From: Alphaproteobacteria bacterium
Lineage (GTDB): Bacteria > Pseudomonadota > Alphaproteobacteria > Micavibrionales > Micavibrionaceae
DNA length: 55,203 nucleotides
Assembly (NCBI GenBank): GCA_049653045.1
Contig: JBASFN010000140.1
Span: forward strand, 1-55,203
Reading direction: 5' to 3'
Part shown: positions 35,433-45,527 of the stretch, in pieces
Position numbering within the stretch: the first letter of the stretch is position 1
Layout: every line of letters starts with the position of its first letter
The notes under the pieces: model-generated
The model's input: the letters and a program-made list of their open reading frames with translations, nothing else
Database searches by the model: none
What the model was told of the DNA's origin: nothing
Made by a program: the position numbers and the translations under genes

Positions 35433-36356
35433 ATGCGTAAAATCCTGGCAATCGCCTTGTTATTTTTAAGCTCTCCGGCAGGGGCGGCAGATTTTAAACC
35501 CAATGTTCTTGATCCCACCTATAATCATGACCGTTGGGGAACCAGTGCAAATTGCATTCTTGCAAATTTCCGGGCCTACACCTCCTGCTTTGATGATTTT
35601 GATGACGATAATGATGATGGCATTTCGGATGTTTGGGGCGTACCAGAGTGGGTTGCCTATGAAATTAAAAAAACTGATGCTCAATGTATAAAAACATATG
35701 CACGGCCAAGCAAATGGATTACGGATCCTGACCTTTTTACGCATGGAATTATGCCGGACGATAAAAGCTATGCCTATCCCAAGGCCTTTACCAGTAAAAG
35801 AAAAGACGGGTTTTCGCGGGGGCATCTAGCCATGAAAATGCACGCAGAACGCCTCGGGGCGGATGCGGGCTGGAACACCCACACCTTTTATAATGCCGTT
35901 CCACAGCGCCAGCGTTTCAATGCGGGAATTTGGCTGGATCTGGAAGATCTGACATCGGCGTGGGCGCAAGAATATGGCTCTATTTGGATTATCACAGGTC
36001 CCATTTTTGCTGATAAATCGCCTTATGCCTCTATAGGGCAGGAGGGGGAGTTTCCGGTTGCTATTCCTGATGCTTTATTCAAAATTGTGGTGAAAGAGAG
36101 CGTCGATCCAGAAAGGCCCGATGTTCTGGCCTTTATATATCCCCAGGTCGGGGCTGGCTATTACGAAGGCAAGCCTTTTGATCATACGCGCTACATGACA
36201 AGTATTGATGAAATTGAAAAACTGACCGGGATTGATTTTTTTCAGTCACTCCCGGATGCAGCAAAAGAAACAATCAAAAGCCAGGAGAAGCACCCGCTCT
36301 GGCCTGTAAAAAATCAGGATTTTATTAAAGCCTGCCAATCCGGGTATAACGATTAA
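35433..36356 (+). CDS. secreted DNA/RNA non-specific endonuclease (Serratia NucA/EndoG family)
   Basis: The signal peptide is MRKILAIALLFLSSPAGAA. The catalytic motif FSRGHLAMKMH and a downstream N...Q RQRFN region are typical of Endonuclease_NS. Confidence 0.8.
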   Translation: MRKILAIALLFLSSPAGAADFKPNVLDPTYNHDRWGTSANCILANFRAYTSCFDDFDDDNDDGISDVWGVPEWVAYEIKKTDAQCIKTYARPSKWITDPDLFTHGIMPDDKSYAYPKAFTSKRKDGFSRGHLAMKMHAERLGADAGWNTHTFYNAVPQRQRFNAGIWLDLEDLTSAWAQEYGSIWIITGPIFADKSPYASIGQEGEFPVAIPDALFKIVVKESVDPERPDVLAFIYPQVGAGYYEGKPFDHTRYMTSIDEIEKLTGIDFFQSLPDAAKETIKSQEKHPLWPVKNQDFIKACQSGYND

Positions 36357-36371
36357 CATGCAAGGTGGAAA

Positions 36372-36569
36372 ATGAATGTTATTGATTTAAAAAAATATCT
36401 CAATCCTCGTCGGCAGGCCTACAAAAGAGCAAAAGATTTTGTAAAGAATCTGGAAAAAAATAATCTCATCCAGGACGACACTATAACTGTTGCGATAGGC
36501 TTGAGATCTGGAAGATTTTTTTATGCCTTGTTTGGTGCAGGTTGTGGCGCTTTTCAGAGAGACAAATGA
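36372..36569 (+). CDS. hypothetical small protein downstream of nuclease
   Basis: 65-aa ORF with an AAGGTGGA Shine-Dalgarno. Its stop overlaps the next ATG (ATGA). Confidence 0.35.
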   Translation: MNVIDLKKYLNPRRQAYKRAKDFVKNLEKNNLIQDDTITVAIGLRSGRFFYALFGAGCGAFQRDK

Positions 36570-36769
36570 CCTCAGAAATTGATATTTATCGTGCAGCTAA
36601 AGTGTTGCTGGATAAACATGGCAGTGAGGCCATACAAGAAGCGCAGCACCGTTATGAAGAACTATTGGCGTGTGGCAATGAAGAAGGTGCGCGCCTTTGG
36701 CAAAAAATCGTTAAGGCGACTGAATGGATCCAGACAGATGCCAAACGCACAGGGGAGACCTCACATTGA
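36566..36769 (+). CDS. hypothetical small helical protein
   Basis: 67 aa, MTSEIDIYRAAKVLLDKHGSEAIQEAQHRYEELLACGNEEGARLWQKI.... It resembles a small conserved alphaproteobacterial protein family I cannot name. It is coupled to the previous ORF. Confidence 0.45.
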   Translation: MTSEIDIYRAAKVLLDKHGSEAIQEAQHRYEELLACGNEEGARLWQKIVKATEWIQTDAKRTGETSH

Positions 36770-36770
36770 A

Positions 36771-36842
36771 ATGAGCCCGCCCTTGTCGCCTTACTCGCCG
36801 GACTTCAACCTCATCGAAAAAACCTTCGGCGTCTTCAAGTAG
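36771..36842 (+). mobile_element. IS630-family transposase C-terminal remnant
   Basis: SPYSPDFNLIEKTFGVFK matches the conserved YSPDLNPIE...K segment around the last catalytic residue of IS630/Tc1 transposases. Only about 23 codons remain, and they are GC-rich. Confidence 0.45.
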
Positions 36843-36926
36843 CAGCGCTATTTTTCTGCAAAAAATACAACGCTTGAGAAAAGCGTCGGAGTGTCATATT
36901 TTTAATTGGGAGGAGTCTACACGGGA

Positions 36927-37142
36927 CTAAAGAGGTCTTCTTCTGAGAAGACCTTCTAAAATATAAATGTACGCAACAACAACTGTAACAGACACGGGCC
37001 ATAACGCAGAAGTTATAAATATACGAAACTTCTGTTTGAGGCCCCCGAAGGCATTATTACCAGCCAAGTCTATGGCGCTGTTAATAAAGAAAAAAACTGC
37101 AACGAAAATATACAACATACAGAATAGAAAAAACATTCTCAC
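36927..37142 (-). CDS. hypothetical small two-TM membrane protein
   Basis: 71-aa ORF with two hydrophobic segments. There is no other support. Confidence 0.25.
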   Translation of the reverse strand: MRMFFLFCMLYIFVAVFFFINSAIDLAGNNAFGGLKQKFRIFITSALWPVSVTVVVAYIYILEGLLRRRPL

Positions 37143-37501
37143 CTACCAAAAAACATCAGCCAAAGCCAGTAGGGCTAATACATAATACATAAAATAAGAT
37201 TTTTCAAGTTTTTATTAACCACACGGTAAAAGCAGAACCATATAGGAATATATGCCCGTTAGCTATAGTACCCGCCTTACACGAAATTGTGAGGCAGGTT
37301 TTTGTTTTTTTCAATCGCCTTTTGGCTGTATCTGGAATCAATAAAATCGGGACATACCTTGCAAAGAAACGGGGAATATCGTGGGCTAATGTCGTGGACA
37401 TTCAAACAAGCCCCATATACTCGAGGAACAGTTTCACCAGTTCTGGATCAGGCTCCTTCTGACATTTCGCACCCATGGAGCGGGCCTGATTTAACAAAAA
37501 C

Positions 37502-39016
37502 CTAATTTGCTCCAGAGCGATTTAGCACAACATAGATGGTCTTTAAGATGATGACAATGTCTCCCCATAAAGACCAGTTGCGAACATACCAGCTATCCCA
37601 TACAACGCGTCTTTGAAAACTTGTTCCATTACGCCCGCTGACCTGCCACAGACCAGTTAGGCCAGGTTTTAGAGATGTATATTCTCTATAGTTATCGCCG
37701 TAGGCGGAGATTTCATTAGGAAGAATAGGCCGCGGACCTACAAGGCTCATCTCGCCTTTTAGAACATTCCAAAGTTGGGGAAGTTCATCAATACTAGCTT
37801 TACGAATGAATTTTGCGGTGCGTGTCTGTACACGTGGGTCATCGGGCAACTTGAAATACCTGTCCCAATAGGCTTTAGCCTGCTGGTTCTCTTCAAGATA
37901 TTTATGCAAGAGATGATCTGTTCCAGGCTCCATAGAACGGAATTTCCAGCAGCAAAATTTTTGTCCACCTTTGCCAATACGTTCCCCGCCATAAAAAACC
38001 GTTCCGCCTTGACCTTCGATCTTAAGCAGTGCTGCGACAACCAGCATAGGAATACCGAAGACTGCCAAGCCCACAAAAGCACCCACGATATCCATTATTC
38101 TCTTCAGAAATTTTTGATAGCTAATAACGCTATAATCCTTGGTTCCCAACATCACGACATCATTGCCAAAGAAATAAAGAGGTTTGCTTTGATAAAGACC
38201 GGTACGGGCTATTGAGGGAATAATTGCAAACTTTATTTTTTTCTCTGTCAGAAGGTTGAAAAGACTGTCCCGCTCTTCCCTGCATAAGGACTCTGCTGAT
38301 ATCATGTAGTAGTATTCTGTATGTGCTTCTATGAATTCTTTGTGGCCTGCAAACCCATCCAGAACTCTAATGTTACGAAAACGCATTGGCAGTTCCTCCC
38401 TATCAAGAAACTCAGAATCTTGATTACGAAGAAAAATACCCCGAGGGATCAGACCCATGCCAAGATCTGAATCAATGGCAAAGAGAGTATCTGTCACCAT
38501 TTCAGTATCTCCAATGATTACCGTCGGCAACCGCCAGGACGCCACTCGAGATTTTATTTTAAAAAGAAAGGCCCGTGATAGAACTAAAAAACAAAAAGCC
38601 ATAACCCAGCAGGTCACGATCAGGATTCTTGAGTAGTAAAGACTCAAAATGTAAGCGGAAAATCCCTCGACTAATAAAGCAAAAAGCATGGATTTCAAAA
38701 TGAATTGGATTTGGCTCCACCAAGGCAAACGCTCGGTGTAATGTCCTTTAAAAAAGAAAGAGATCAGAACGCTAACACTTAAGGCAAAGCAGATAGAAAA
38801 ATGTTTCTGGCTTGATTGATAAAAGCTCTCCAGAGAGGAGGTATGCAAAGCTTCAATGACCAAAGACGCTAGTGGAAAAGAGATTTTATAGGCCAAGAAA
38901 AGACCGCACACATCAAAAAATAGAGCAAGAAAAAATAATCCAGAAGCTGGGAATCTGGATTTTAGAAGCGGCCTACGAAAGGGCGTTACAAAATGATTTG
39001 TCTCTACTCTATCCAT
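37502..39016 (-). CDS. polyprenyl-phosphate hexose-1-phosphate transferase (WbaP/ExoY-type priming glycosyltransferase)
   Basis: 504 aa. N-terminal TM segments are followed by the C-terminal bacterial sugar transferase domain ([31 protein letters not shown]). Confidence 0.85.
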   Translation of the reverse strand: MDRVETNHFVTPFRRPLLKSRFPASGLFFLALFFDVCGLFLAYKISFPLASLVIEALHTSSLESFYQSSQKHFSICFALSVSVLISFFFKGHYTERLPWWSQIQFILKSMLFALLVEGFSAYILSLYYSRILIVTCWVMAFCFLVLSRAFLFKIKSRVASWRLPTVIIGDTEMVTDTLFAIDSDLGMGLIPRGIFLRNQDSEFLDREELPMRFRNIRVLDGFAGHKEFIEAHTEYYYMISAESLCREERDSLFNLLTEKKIKFAIIPSIARTGLYQSKPLYFFGNDVVMLGTKDYSVISYQKFLKRIMDIVGAFVGLAVFGIPMLVVAALLKIEGQGGTVFYGGERIGKGGQKFCCWKFRSMEPGTDHLLHKYLEENQQAKAYWDRYFKLPDDPRVQTRTAKFIRKASIDELPQLWNVLKGEMSLVGPRPILPNEISAYGDNYREYTSLKPGLTGLWQVSGRNGTSFQRRVVWDSWYVRNWSLWGDIVIILKTIYVVLNRSGAN

Positions 39017-39137
39017 GGCAGTCCATCTCTCTTAAGCAACCTATCGAGTAGCTCTTTCTCGACTAAATCTATAGTTCAAGGCAATAAAATTGGACTTTCT
39101 TACCATAAAAGGACAGAAAAACAAAGTGTTTAGGAAA

Positions 39138-39431
39138 AATATGTTAGACCTGTTGCAAAAGTAGCGATCCTCAAGCCCACCCACCCCGTACGAACGGCCC
39201 TCCCGGTTCTTGGGCTCCACGAACCTCTGCCGCCAGCGCGGGCGCAAAAGGCAGGCCATTTTATAAAACTGATCCGGCGTTACACCGCTTAAGGACTGGA
39301 ATTGCCTCTTACCAAGAAGCCAGCGACTGCTAAACTTTGCCATGTTGAAGGGGCCTCCAACCCCATCAACAGTGAATCATATTGAGGATTCCATGGAAAT
39401 CCTGCCCACTTTTGCAACAGGTCTAATATAT
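39138..39431. mobile_element. MITE-like internally deleted IS (IS5/Harbinger-type) with terminal inverted repeats
   Basis: A perfect 19-bp TIR, TTAGACCTGTTGCAAAAGT (39143-39161), pairs with ACTTTTGCAACAGGTCTAA (39408-39426). It extends to 24 bp with one mismatch. The interior encodes only an HTH_Tnp_4-like N-terminal transposase fragment (minus strand from 39343). Confidence 0.6.
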
Positions 39432-39514
39432 CGTAACTTTCTATTCGAACAGTGCTTGATTTTTACTATTAAAAAGATGATAGCTAGTCACCTGAAAATT
39501 TAAAGGGCATAATT

Positions 39515-40855
39515 ATGCGGATGGGAATGGTTGGTACGGGGTATGTCGGGCTTGTCTCCGGCACGTGTTTCGCCGAATTCGGCATCGACGTGGTTTGCGT
39601 CGATAAGGATAAAGCCAAGATCGAACGCCTGAAAAAGGGGGAAATCCCGATTTACGAGCCGGGTTTGGAAGACCTCGTCGAAAAACAGGTTAAGGCGGGC
39701 CGCCTGTCTTTTACCACCGACCTCAAGTCAGCGGTCAAGGATGCCGACGCAGTCTTTATCGCCGTCGGAACCCCCGCCCGTCACGACGACGGCCACGCCG
39801 ATATGTCGTATGTCTATGCAGCGGCAAAGGAAATAGCGGGCGCTCTGGAGGGCTATACCTTGATCGTCACCAAATCGACGGTCCCGGTCGGCACGGCCCG
39901 CGAAGTGGAGAAAATCATCCGCGCCGAAAACCCGAAAGCCGATTTCGATGTCTGCTCCAACCCGGAATTCCTGCGCGAGGGCGCGGCGATCAACGACTTC
40001 ATGCGCCCCGACCGCGTGGTGATCGGGACAGACTCCGAACGCGCCGTGGAATTGATGCGCGAATTGTACCGCCCGCTCTACCTCAACGAAACGCCGATGG
40101 TGGTGACAAGCCCGGAAACCGCCGAGATCATCAAATATGCGGCCAATGCTTTTCTGGCGACAAAAATCACTTTCATCAACGAGATCGCCAATCTGTGTGA
40201 ACTGACGGGCGCGAATGTTCAGGAGGTCGCAAAGGGAATCGGCCTCGACGGACGCATCGGCAAGAAATTTTTACACGCCGGGCCGGGTTATGGCGGCTCG
40301 TGTTTTCCCAAGGATACGCTGGCCCTGACGCAGATCGGCCAGAAATACGGTGCACCGCAAAATATCGTCGAAACGGTTGTCTGGGTGAACGCCGAGCGCC
40401 AGCGCAGCATGGCGGGCCGCGTGGTCGAGGCCTGCGGCGGCAATCTGGAAGGCTTGAGGATCGGCATTCTCGGCGTATCGTTCAAGCCCAACACCGACGA
40501 CGTGCGCGACGCGTCGAGCCTGGCCATCATTCCGCTGTTGCGGGAGGAGGGCGCGAAAATAGCCGCCTTCGATCCGGCGGCAATGGAGGAAGCCGCAAAA
40601 CATCTGGACGATATCGAATGGTGCAAGGACTCCTACGAAGTGGCGGAAGGCGCCGATGCGCTGGTGATCCTGACGGAGTGGAACGAATTTCGCGCCCTTG
40701 ATCTTGACCGCCTCGCCGAAACCATGAAAGTAAAGTGTATCATCGATCTACGAAATATTTACAAGGTCAAGGATATGCGCGAAGCCGGGTTTCATTATGT
40801 ATCCATTGGCCGTCCAGCTATTCTTCCTACGGGCGCGACTTTAGTTAAAAAATAA
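39515..40855 (+). CDS. ugd: UDP-glucose 6-dehydrogenase
   Basis: Contains MVGTGYVGLVSG, GGSCFPKD with the catalytic Cys, and the UDPG_MGDP_dh C-terminal domain. It is visibly GC-rich relative to its flanks. Confidence 0.9.
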   Translation: MRMGMVGTGYVGLVSGTCFAEFGIDVVCVDKDKAKIERLKKGEIPIYEPGLEDLVEKQVKAGRLSFTTDLKSAVKDADAVFIAVGTPARHDDGHADMSYVYAAAKEIAGALEGYTLIVTKSTVPVGTAREVEKIIRAENPKADFDVCSNPEFLREGAAINDFMRPDRVVIGTDSERAVELMRELYRPLYLNETPMVVTSPETAEIIKYAANAFLATKITFINEIANLCELTGANVQEVAKGIGLDGRIGKKFLHAGPGYGGSCFPKDTLALTQIGQKYGAPQNIVETVVWVNAERQRSMAGRVVEACGGNLEGLRIGILGVSFKPNTDDVRDASSLAIIPLLREEGAKIAAFDPAAMEEAAKHLDDIEWCKDSYEVAEGADALVILTEWNEFRALDLDRLAETMKVKCIIDLRNIYKVKDMREAGFHYVSIGRPAILPTGATLVKK

Positions 40856-40890
40856 AATATTTTTTAGATCCCCAGTTATGGTGAGGTAAC

Positions 40891-42597
40891 ATGACTTCTT
40901 TACAAGAACAAGAAATAGATCTGAGAAGGCTTTTTTTTATAACAAAAAGGAATTTATTTCTAATTGTTTCTACGTTAATTATTTGTTTTTTATTGGCGTT
41001 GTTGTACATAATTTTTTCCAAGCCTGTATTTACTGCCACGGCAGATGTACTCATAGATAAGGGATTAATTGTATCTAATATAACGCCTCTTAAGCAATTG
41101 GCATTCGAAAGTTCGGCTATAGAAAGCGAAGTAGAAGTTATTCGATCCAGAACTGTGGCTAATGAAGCCATTAAAATACTTAAGCAAAAAAATCAGGTTA
41201 AAGGTGATTGGTCAGATGATGACCTCGCTGAATTTTTACTAAAAAGTATTCATGTCATAAGAATAGGCCAAACTTACGTGATTTCAATTAATGGCACATC
41301 GGAAGATCCAACTTTCGCGGCAAGCATAGCAAACGCTTTCGCCACTGCATATATTAACAATCAGCTGAATTCCATATCGGAGTCCAACTTTAGGACATCA
41401 GAGTGGCTTCAGAAAAAAATGCAAGATCTCCAACAAGAGAAAGAAGCCATAGAAAAACAAATAATGAAATTTAAAGAGAATTATAATTCTCAATCACGGA
41501 CATTACTTGGTCATTCTGAGAAAAATGATAGTCCTTATTCTTCAGATAAGAATATATTACAATTAAGCGAATTAAAATCTCTGCAACAAAAATCTGAGGC
41601 TTATAGTAAAGTTTACAACAGTTACGTTGAAAAATTGGGGGCCATTAGTAATGAGGAAGCCTTCCCTGTTTCACAAACTCGGGTAATTACGTATGCAAGC
41701 GTACCTAAAAAAATAAACAATTTTAAAAATATTATGATTCTTCTGATCTCAATAGTTTTTGGGATTGGATTGGGATGTACTTTTGCATTGTTAATTGATG
41801 GTCAAGATAAGTCAATTCGGCGTGCTGGACAAGTAAAGCGCCAAATTGGCATCAATTTTTTGGGATTTTTTCCTTCCAGAACTCGAACGCGAACAAAAGA
41901 ATTTTTATTTATAAGCGATGAAAAGGAGAAATGTAAAATTTCTTTGTTTTCAAATTGCATAGAAGAATCAAATGCGGATAGCTCGGAAGTAATTCATAAT
42001 ATAATAAATAATATTCAAATAATGCCTTCAGATCTTCACAAGGGCAAGACAATAGGAGTGGTAACCGCAGACGATAATGGAGATGGGCAATCTATAATTG
42101 CTTTTAATTTGGCATTATGCGCATCTCAAAAAATGAAGACGCTTGTGGTGGATGCAAATCCTCATTTTTCTAATTTAATTTTTAGACAATATAAAAAATA
42201 TGGTAAAATTAACTCACTTAAGCTTGCCGATTATCAAAAATCTATACTCACCAGAGAGGATGGTCTTTTATCAATTTTATTTTTACATGATGATAAAATG
42301 GGTAAAAGACCAATGGAATTTGAGGATTTAAAAAAGTTACTGGGTGAAATAATAGAGAATTATGAATTAGTAGTTTTTATATGTCCTCCTCTTGCATATC
42401 AGGCAGAGATGTTTTCGTATGCAAATGTTTTAGATTCTTTTCTTATGGTTGCTGAGTGGGGAAAAACATTACCAAATAATTTAAATTATTTAATTTCTCA
42501 AAATTCAGCAATTAAGAATAAAATTTTAGGGCTGGTTTTAGAAAATACGCATACAGATAAAATGAAGAGGCATTTTGGCTATAAGGTAGGGTTATAG
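40891..42597 (+). CDS. polysaccharide co-polymerase (Wzz/GumC/ExoP-like) with degenerate BY-kinase-like C-terminal domain
   Basis: The architecture is an N-terminal Wzz domain, TM1, a long coiled periplasmic region, TM2 and a C-terminal P-loop-like domain. In that domain Walker A reads DNGDGQS (no Lys). Walker A'-like is LVVDANPH and Walker B-like is LVVFICPP. There is no C-terminal Tyr cluster. The gene is very AT-rich. Confidence 0.75.
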   Translation: MTSLQEQEIDLRRLFFITKRNLFLIVSTLIICFLLALLYIIFSKPVFTATADVLIDKGLIVSNITPLKQLAFESSAIESEVEVIRSRTVANEAIKILKQKNQVKGDWSDDDLAEFLLKSIHVIRIGQTYVISINGTSEDPTFAASIANAFATAYINNQLNSISESNFRTSEWLQKKMQDLQQEKEAIEKQIMKFKENYNSQSRTLLGHSEKNDSPYSSDKNILQLSELKSLQQKSEAYSKVYNSYVEKLGAISNEEAFPVSQTRVITYASVPKKINNFKNIMILLISIVFGIGLGCTFALLIDGQDKSIRRAGQVKRQIGINFLGFFPSRTRTRTKEFLFISDEKEKCKISLFSNCIEESNADSSEVIHNIINNIQIMPSDLHKGKTIGVVTADDNGDGQSIIAFNLALCASQKMKTLVVDANPHFSNLIFRQYKKYGKINSLKLADYQKSILTREDGLLSILFLHDDKMGKRPMEFEDLKKLLGEIIENYELVVFICPPLAYQAEMFSYANVLDSFLMVAEWGKTLPNNLNYLISQNSAIKNKILGLVLENTHTDKMKRHFGYKVGL

Positions 42598-42650
42598 TTT
42601 TTAAATACCGTCAAGCTTTCGTAGCATGTCTATATCTACAAGAAAGTGAA

Positions 42651-44009
42651 ATGTTAACGATGCAGGGTACAGAACCTAACTCCGAAAATAAATGTGATTA
42701 TGCTTGTAGTGTCTCTGGTATAGGTAAGATTTTACAGTCAAATCCAAGAAGTTTTGCTGCAATTTTATTTTTTTTAGGATCCCTGATTCTTTTTTTCCTG
42801 TCGATCGGGCTGGTACGATTTTTTGTTGGCGGCGTGCCTGTGCGTGCGTTTTTTGCAATTCTGTTATTATTGTTGATCTATGTTCCCAGAGTCGCGCTAT
42901 TTTTTAAGGCGGCTCGTGAGATGCGTGTCGTTTTGACCATCATTCTCTACGTGGCGATATTGGGGTTTGTTGTCAGTCTGGCCAATGCTCTTCCCTTCGC
43001 CGATATCATCCGCCAGATACTTGAAATACACCTGCAGGCCGTCGTTGGAGTCTTTGTAGGCTATGGTCTGTTGCATTGTATGGGGGCAAAAAAACTGATT
43101 TCGGCTTTTACGTCCGTTGTATTATTTTCCGGATTTCTGGCAGTTTTACAGGGCCTTCATGTGCCCTATGCTTGGGAATTCCGTGATTTCTTGCAGGGGA
43201 TGCAAACCTATGACCATGACAATGTTTTCCTAAGCGAGCGGATGCGACCTATGGGAATTTCCTTCACGCCTGTGCATCTGGGAACGCAGATTCTGCTAGC
43301 CTTCGCGGTGTGTTATATTTTTATGACGTGTAGGCGTAAAACGGATGAGCCACTGGGTCGGGTCAATCTTCCGGTCGTTATGGTTTTTGTGATCGTGTTG
43401 TTGATTGCTATCATATCCGGTAATCGGTCGCCGATTTTGGGGATGCTGGCGTTTCTGGCGGCGGCGGCGTTTTTCTACAGTCCGGTTTTTTCCATTCTGG
43501 GGCTGATGCTGTTCATGCCGGCGGCGGCACTTTTATATATCGATAGCGACGCAATTTTTAATTTTCTCTCCGGGACGGAAATTAGAGCCTTTCGCATGAG
43601 CGATAAATCCTCAGTTGCGCGTGTGGTTTTGCGCGATTACGGATGGATGCTGTTTATGAACAGGCCGTTCGGATATGGTCTGATCTTCAGTAGCACTGAT
43701 TATGTAAGCTTGTTCTGGGATCAGTTGGCGGACTATGAGAATTCACAAACCCTCTGGCATACCCCAACGCATAATTACTATCTGAATGTCCTACATAAAT
43801 ATGGGATTTTAATCGTGCTGCCCGGCTTGCTTGCCACCCGGATTTTATTGCGTAACAGAGTTGTTCTTCTTGGGTTCCTGCCTTATATGGTTCATATCTT
43901 TTTTCACAATGACGGCCCATTGCAGGGTGATTTTTTAATTTGGTATTTTGTGCCCATGATCGCGGCATCAGTCAGCACCAAAGGAAACAGCTCTAAGTAC
44001 GGGGCGTAG
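42651..44009 (+). CDS. O-antigen/EPS polymerase or ligase-like membrane protein (Wzy_C family)
   Basis: 452 aa with more than 10 TM segments and a large loop containing ...TPTHNYYLNVLHKYGIL, typical of the Wzy/O-antigen ligase domain. Confidence 0.6.
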   Translation: MLTMQGTEPNSENKCDYACSVSGIGKILQSNPRSFAAILFFLGSLILFFLSIGLVRFFVGGVPVRAFFAILLLLLIYVPRVALFFKAAREMRVVLTIILYVAILGFVVSLANALPFADIIRQILEIHLQAVVGVFVGYGLLHCMGAKKLISAFTSVVLFSGFLAVLQGLHVPYAWEFRDFLQGMQTYDHDNVFLSERMRPMGISFTPVHLGTQILLAFAVCYIFMTCRRKTDEPLGRVNLPVVMVFVIVLLIAIISGNRSPILGMLAFLAAAAFFYSPVFSILGLMLFMPAAALLYIDSDAIFNFLSGTEIRAFRMSDKSSVARVVLRDYGWMLFMNRPFGYGLIFSSTDYVSLFWDQLADYENSQTLWHTPTHNYYLNVLHKYGILIVLPGLLATRILLRNRVVLLGFLPYMVHIFFHNDGPLQGDFLIWYFVPMIAASVSTKGNSSKYGA

Positions 44010-44184
44010 CTATCGCAATCTGCAGCAAGAGAGGCGAGGTAAAAATTATTATAAAGACGTGTCGGTTTCATAGGTCAGTGATGGAGAATCGCGGTTCTTC
44101 TAGTCATTATGTATCATTATTCCGTACAGACTGCCTATGCGGTCATGGGTTCTGGAGTCTTTTCGCCATCATCCTATGGTCGAT

Positions 44185-45345
44185 TTAACGGGTTTCTACT
44201 GCTTTTGCCAGACGTGCGCCGATGCGAATGCTAGGCTGTTCAATAGTATAGTGAACTACAAGTGCTGCGAAATAGCACAGTGACATTGTCGCAAAGCCGA
44301 CGACAATAGTGGCCGTTACACTGTCGAGTTGCCAATACTTTAAAATTATATAGCCACTAAATTCAATACAGGGCCAATGCAAGACATAAATGGCATACGA
44401 TAAGGACCCGAAGTGTAGCGCGAGCCTACTTGTAAAAATCATTTGAAAGACGCGGTTAAGCTGTAGGCTGATCCCCTTCGAAAACCATCTGCGATCTGTT
44501 GCGAGATAAATAATGAATGCAATAAATAAACCTACGCCAGGAGCAATAAGGCCAATAGTGCAGCATCCTGCCACGGAGGCAGTGCGCACCCAAGCATACA
44601 TAAGAATGGCATGTAGTTTCTCAAAATAGACCCGAGCCATAATACCAATTGCAAAGCAGTAAAACTTTGCAGGTAAAAAACTAGGAAGACGGTAATAATC
44701 GCGTAACAATCCATACCATATAACAAGCATTAAAACTGTAAACCCTAGCCCGATGAATATGCGCTTTCTGCCAATAAATAAGGGGGTCAAGAAAGGCGCA
44801 AGCAGGTAAAATTGCCATTCCAGCGTTAATGACCAGCCAGGTGGCAGGAAGACACGTTCAGAAAAGGGTAGTATAGTGTCAGGCACGATGCCGTATAAAA
44901 GGAGTAAATGCATAATTGTATGCGCCGGAAAGAAAGCGATCTGGCTGTCCAGCGTCATCTTTGCCTCTTGTGAGAATTCGAAGCCTGGTTGGTCTGCCCA
45001 AGCCATGTAAGGTTCTGCGGCAACGCCTAGAAAGGCGGTCATTCCGCCCAGAATGCAACCAACTGCAAAACATGGGAATAGGCGGAACCAACGCCTGATG
45101 ATGTAGACCGGATAGGGTTCACGCTTCGTCAGTATAAGATGCGCGATCACGAATCCGCTGATGCATATGAAGATAGTGACGGCAGGGCCTGGGAATTGGG
45201 ATATCCATGAAAACTGCGCTCCTGGAAGATTTTGCGCGGTGTAGTTGGCAGTATGGCCAATTAACACAGCCCAAGCAAGTAAACCCCTCAAACCCTCTAT
45301 TTCATTGAAACGGCGCACGCTATTTGCACCTGTAACAGCCGTCAT
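44185..45345 (-). CDS. acyltransferase family 3 (O-acyltransferase) membrane protein
   Basis: Contains RRFNEIEGLRGLLAWAVLIGH and the ...SLSYAIYVLHWP motifs. An AGGAGA Shine-Dalgarno precedes the ATG at 45345. Confidence 0.8.
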   Translation of the reverse strand: MTAVTGANSVRRFNEIEGLRGLLAWAVLIGHTANYTAQNLPGAQFSWISQFPGPAVTIFICISGFVIAHLILTKREPYPVYIIRRWFRLFPCFAVGCILGGMTAFLGVAAEPYMAWADQPGFEFSQEAKMTLDSQIAFFPAHTIMHLLLLYGIVPDTILPFSERVFLPPGWSLTLEWQFYLLAPFLTPLFIGRKRIFIGLGFTVLMLVIWYGLLRDYYRLPSFLPAKFYCFAIGIMARVYFEKLHAILMYAWVRTASVAGCCTIGLIAPGVGLFIAFIIYLATDRRWFSKGISLQLNRVFQMIFTSRLALHFGSLSYAIYVLHWPCIEFSGYIILKYWQLDSVTATIVVGFATMSLCYFAALVVHYTIEQPSIRIGARLAKAVETR

Positions 45346-45527
45346 ATTTATTCTCCTATGAGATAATAATAGAATTCTGTGGGTGTCTTCCGCATACATT
45401 TTTTGATAAGTCTTATAATAGGCAGCATCCTTTTAGCAGTCATACTTTATGGCGAGTATCTTGCAGCCGTTCCAAGTGCATATTTTACTGTAGTATTAGA
45501 TCTTATGAATCCCAGAAAGCTATCTTT

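Noticed and set aside
36934-36953. 8-bp stem hairpin GGTCTTCT-tctg-AGAAGACC as a Rho-independent terminator
   Set aside because: No U-tract follows on either strand. It lies within the 3' end of a weak minus-strand ORF, so evidence for a terminator call is insufficient.
39041-39343. 100-aa ORF annotated as a complete small protein
   Set aside because: Only the first ~60 codons are transposase-like. The remainder reads through the left terminal inverted repeat into flanking DNA. I interpret it as an IS/MITE relic rather than a gene.
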